Shown piece by piece: positions 59,191-64,000 of a stretch of 64,000 nucleotides of DNA. Both the position numbers and the translations under genes were made by a program. Position 1 is the first letter of the stretch; every line of letters starts with the position of its first letter. The notes beneath the pieces were generated by a model, which was not told the origin of the DNA, ran no database searches, and saw only the letters and a list, made by a program, of their open reading frames with translations. This DNA is from Endomicrobiia bacterium (GTDB lineage: Bacteria; Elusimicrobiota; Endomicrobiia; DTEH01): the NCBI GenBank assembly GCA_039630545.1, contig JBCNUU010000003.1, forward strand, positions 162,679-226,678, written 5' to 3'.

Positions 59191-59219
59191 TTGAAAAATT
59201 TAACAAATTTTTTTATTAT
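59191..59219 (+). promoter_or_regulatory. Candidate sigma70 promoter for cdaA-gyrB
   Basis: TTGAAA-N17-TATTAT; ATG 59227 lies 7 nt downstream. Confidence 0.5.
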
Positions 59220-59226
59220 AAATACC

Positions 59227-62414
<3,188 letters not shown>

Positions 62415-62465
62415 AAAGTTGTCTGCTTGAAACTTACCTGAAAAAAATAAAAATTATTCTGTTAG

Positions 62466-62494
62466 TTGCTAAATAAAAAAAATTTATATAAACA
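62466..62494 (+). promoter_or_regulatory. Candidate promoter TTGCTA-N17-TAAACA upstream of etfB
   Basis: Near-identical to the element at 24907-24934. Confidence 0.4.
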
Positions 62495-62531
62495 AGATTA
62501 TTATAATTTTTAGATTCTTACGGAGGTAAAT

Positions 62532-63326
62532 ATGAACTTTGTTGTATGCATAAAACAAGTCCCTGCTACAACTTCTGTACAAATAGATCCAAAAACAGGT
62601 ACATTGAAAAGAGAAGGTGTTGAATCAATTATAAATCCTTTTGATGAATATGCGATAGAGGAAGGAATAAGGTTAAAAGAAAGAGTCGGTGGGAAAACTA
62701 CGGTAATAACTATGGGTCCCCCTCAGGCAGAACAGGCTTTAAGAGAAGCTTTAAGTCGTGGTTGTGATGAAGCGATATTACTTACTGACAAATCTTTTGC
62801 AGGAGCAGATACCTGGGCTACTGCTTATACGCTTTCATGCGCTATAAAAATGTTGCCTGAACCTGTGGATCTTATAATATGTGGGAAACAGGCTTCAGAT
62901 GGTGATACTGCTCAGGTAGGACCTTCTTTAGCTGAGATGTTAGATATTCCTCATGTAGCATATGTAAGAAAGATTTCTGAGATAAGACCAGGTTATATTA
63001 AAGTTGAAAGAATGCTTGAGGATGGAGTGGATGTTTTGGAGATGTCTTTGCCAGCGTTAATTACAGTAGTAAAAGAGATAAACACACCAAGACTACCTTC
63101 TCTTAAAAGTATGTTAGCAGCTAAAAAGAAACAGATACATTACTGGAACAAAGAAACTATTCATGCGGATTTAGACAAGATAGGACTTACAGGTTCACCG
63201 ACACAGGTAAAAAAGATATTTTATCCACCAGCTAGAACAGGTGGAGAAAGAATAACTGGAGCTACTGCTAAAGAAATTGCTGAGAAGTTAGTAATGAAAT
63301 TATCTGAAACAGGTTTAATAAAATAA
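62532..63326 (+). CDS. etfB: Electron transfer flavoprotein beta subunit
   Basis: VCIKQVP, INPFDEYAIE, MGPPQA, AGADTWAT, CGKQASDGDTAQVGP, GSPT. Confidence 0.96.
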   Translation: MNFVVCIKQVPATTSVQIDPKTGTLKREGVESIINPFDEYAIEEGIRLKERVGGKTTVITMGPPQAEQALREALSRGCDEAILLTDKSFAGADTWATAYTLSCAIKMLPEPVDLIICGKQASDGDTAQVGPSLAEMLDIPHVAYVRKISEIRPGYIKVERMLEDGVDVLEMSLPALITVVKEINTPRLPSLKSMLAAKKKQIHYWNKETIHADLDKIGLTGSPTQVKKIFYPPARTGGERITGATAKEIAEKLVMKLSETGLIK

Positions 63327-63354
63327 TTTTTAAAATTGAAAGGAGAACTACATA

Positions 63355-64000
63355 ATGAGCAAAATTGAAGTTATAACTTTAAAATGTACAGGTTGTAGCC
63401 TTTGTATTAAATCCTGTCCCTACAATGCAATTTCTATAATTGATTCAGAACATCTTTTAGAATCCGGCAAAACCGTAAAAAAACTTGCTGTTATTGACTT
63501 AACTAAATGTACATATTGTGGTGCATGTGTTGAAACATGTAAATATAAAGCAATAGTTTTACAAAAAGAAGAAGCCAAAGAAACAACGGTAGATTTTAAA
63601 GATTACAAAAACATATGGGTTTATGCAGAACAAAGAAGAGGAGAGATAGCACCGGTAGTGTTTGAACTTATTGCAAAAGCAAAAGAGTTAGCTGAAAAGC
63701 TAAATTGTAAAGTTTGTAGTGTACTTTTAGGTTACAAAATTAAAGATCTATCAAAAGAGTTAATTTATTATGGAAGCGATATTGTCTATGTGATAGATGA
63801 TCCAGTGTTACAGGAATTTTTAGATGAACCATACGCTGAAGCTCTTTCTTTGCTTATAAAAGAAGAAAAGCCAGAAATAATTCTTATGGGAGCTACAAAC
63901 ATAGGTAGATCATTTGCAAGCCGTGTAGCTGCTAAAATCAGGACAGGACTTACAGCTGACTGTACGGGGCTGGATGTAGATTTGGAGACAAGAAATCTTC
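63355..64000 (+). CDS. etfA: Electron transfer flavoprotein alpha subunit with N-terminal 2x[4Fe-4S] ferredoxin (runs off window)
   Basis: Translated by hand from ATG 63355 (SD AAGGAG): CTGCSLCIKSCP, CTYCGACVETC, then IWVYAEQ, ELIAKA, GATNIGR, TGLTADCT. Confidence 0.92.
   Translation, partial: MSKIEVITLKCTGCSLCIKSCPYNAISIIDSEHLLESGKTVKKLAVIDLTKCTYCGACVETCKYKAIVLQKEEAKETTVDFKDYKNIWVYAEQRRGEIAPVVFELIAKAKELAEKLNCKVCSVLLGYKIKDLSKELIYYGSDIVYVIDDPVLQEFLDEPYAEALSLLIKEEKPEIILMGATNIGRSFASRVAAKIRTGLTADCTGLDVDLETRNL

Overview
A 64-kb, very AT-rich, gene-dense chromosomal core region from a probably anaerobic diderm bacterium. It has LptE and predicted outer-membrane barrels, a ferredoxin-fused EtfA and a DUF39 homocysteine enzyme. 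Gene content and a T9SS-like cargo suggest Elusimicrobiota/Endomicrobiia, which is inference only. About 55 CDSs lie mostly on the + strand, with one tRNA-Met(CAT). No rRNA, CRISPR, integrase or transposase is visible. Contents: thrS-infC-rpmI, a glgP-DUF4912-GH57 glycogen block, hit-rpsU-nif3-dnaG-rpoD, a displaced rplT, ktrBA, pheST, a 1402-aa repeat protein plus a barrel-LysM partner, glyA, proA-nadD-LCP-pncA-pncB, lptE-holA/rpsT, murJ-uvrC, an ABC/LolA-like/barrel cassette, addAB, an ECF sigma locus, cdaA-gyrB and etfBA. The best candidates for something new are four. (1) A two-gene operon (24970-27080) that looks like a catalytically stripped two-component pair: a coiled coil ending in a His-less DHp-like hairpin, and an atypical receiver-TM-beta-propeller protein. 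(2) A T9SS type-B-like cargo next to a PorV/PorP-like barrel fused to LysM. (3) An ECF sigma/anti-sigma/periplasmic His-Cys-tail module split by era. (4) The thrS-pheT ribosomal operon broken by inserted blocks, with a matching short repeat at both junctions of the first block. All calls come from reading motifs by eye; no searches were run.
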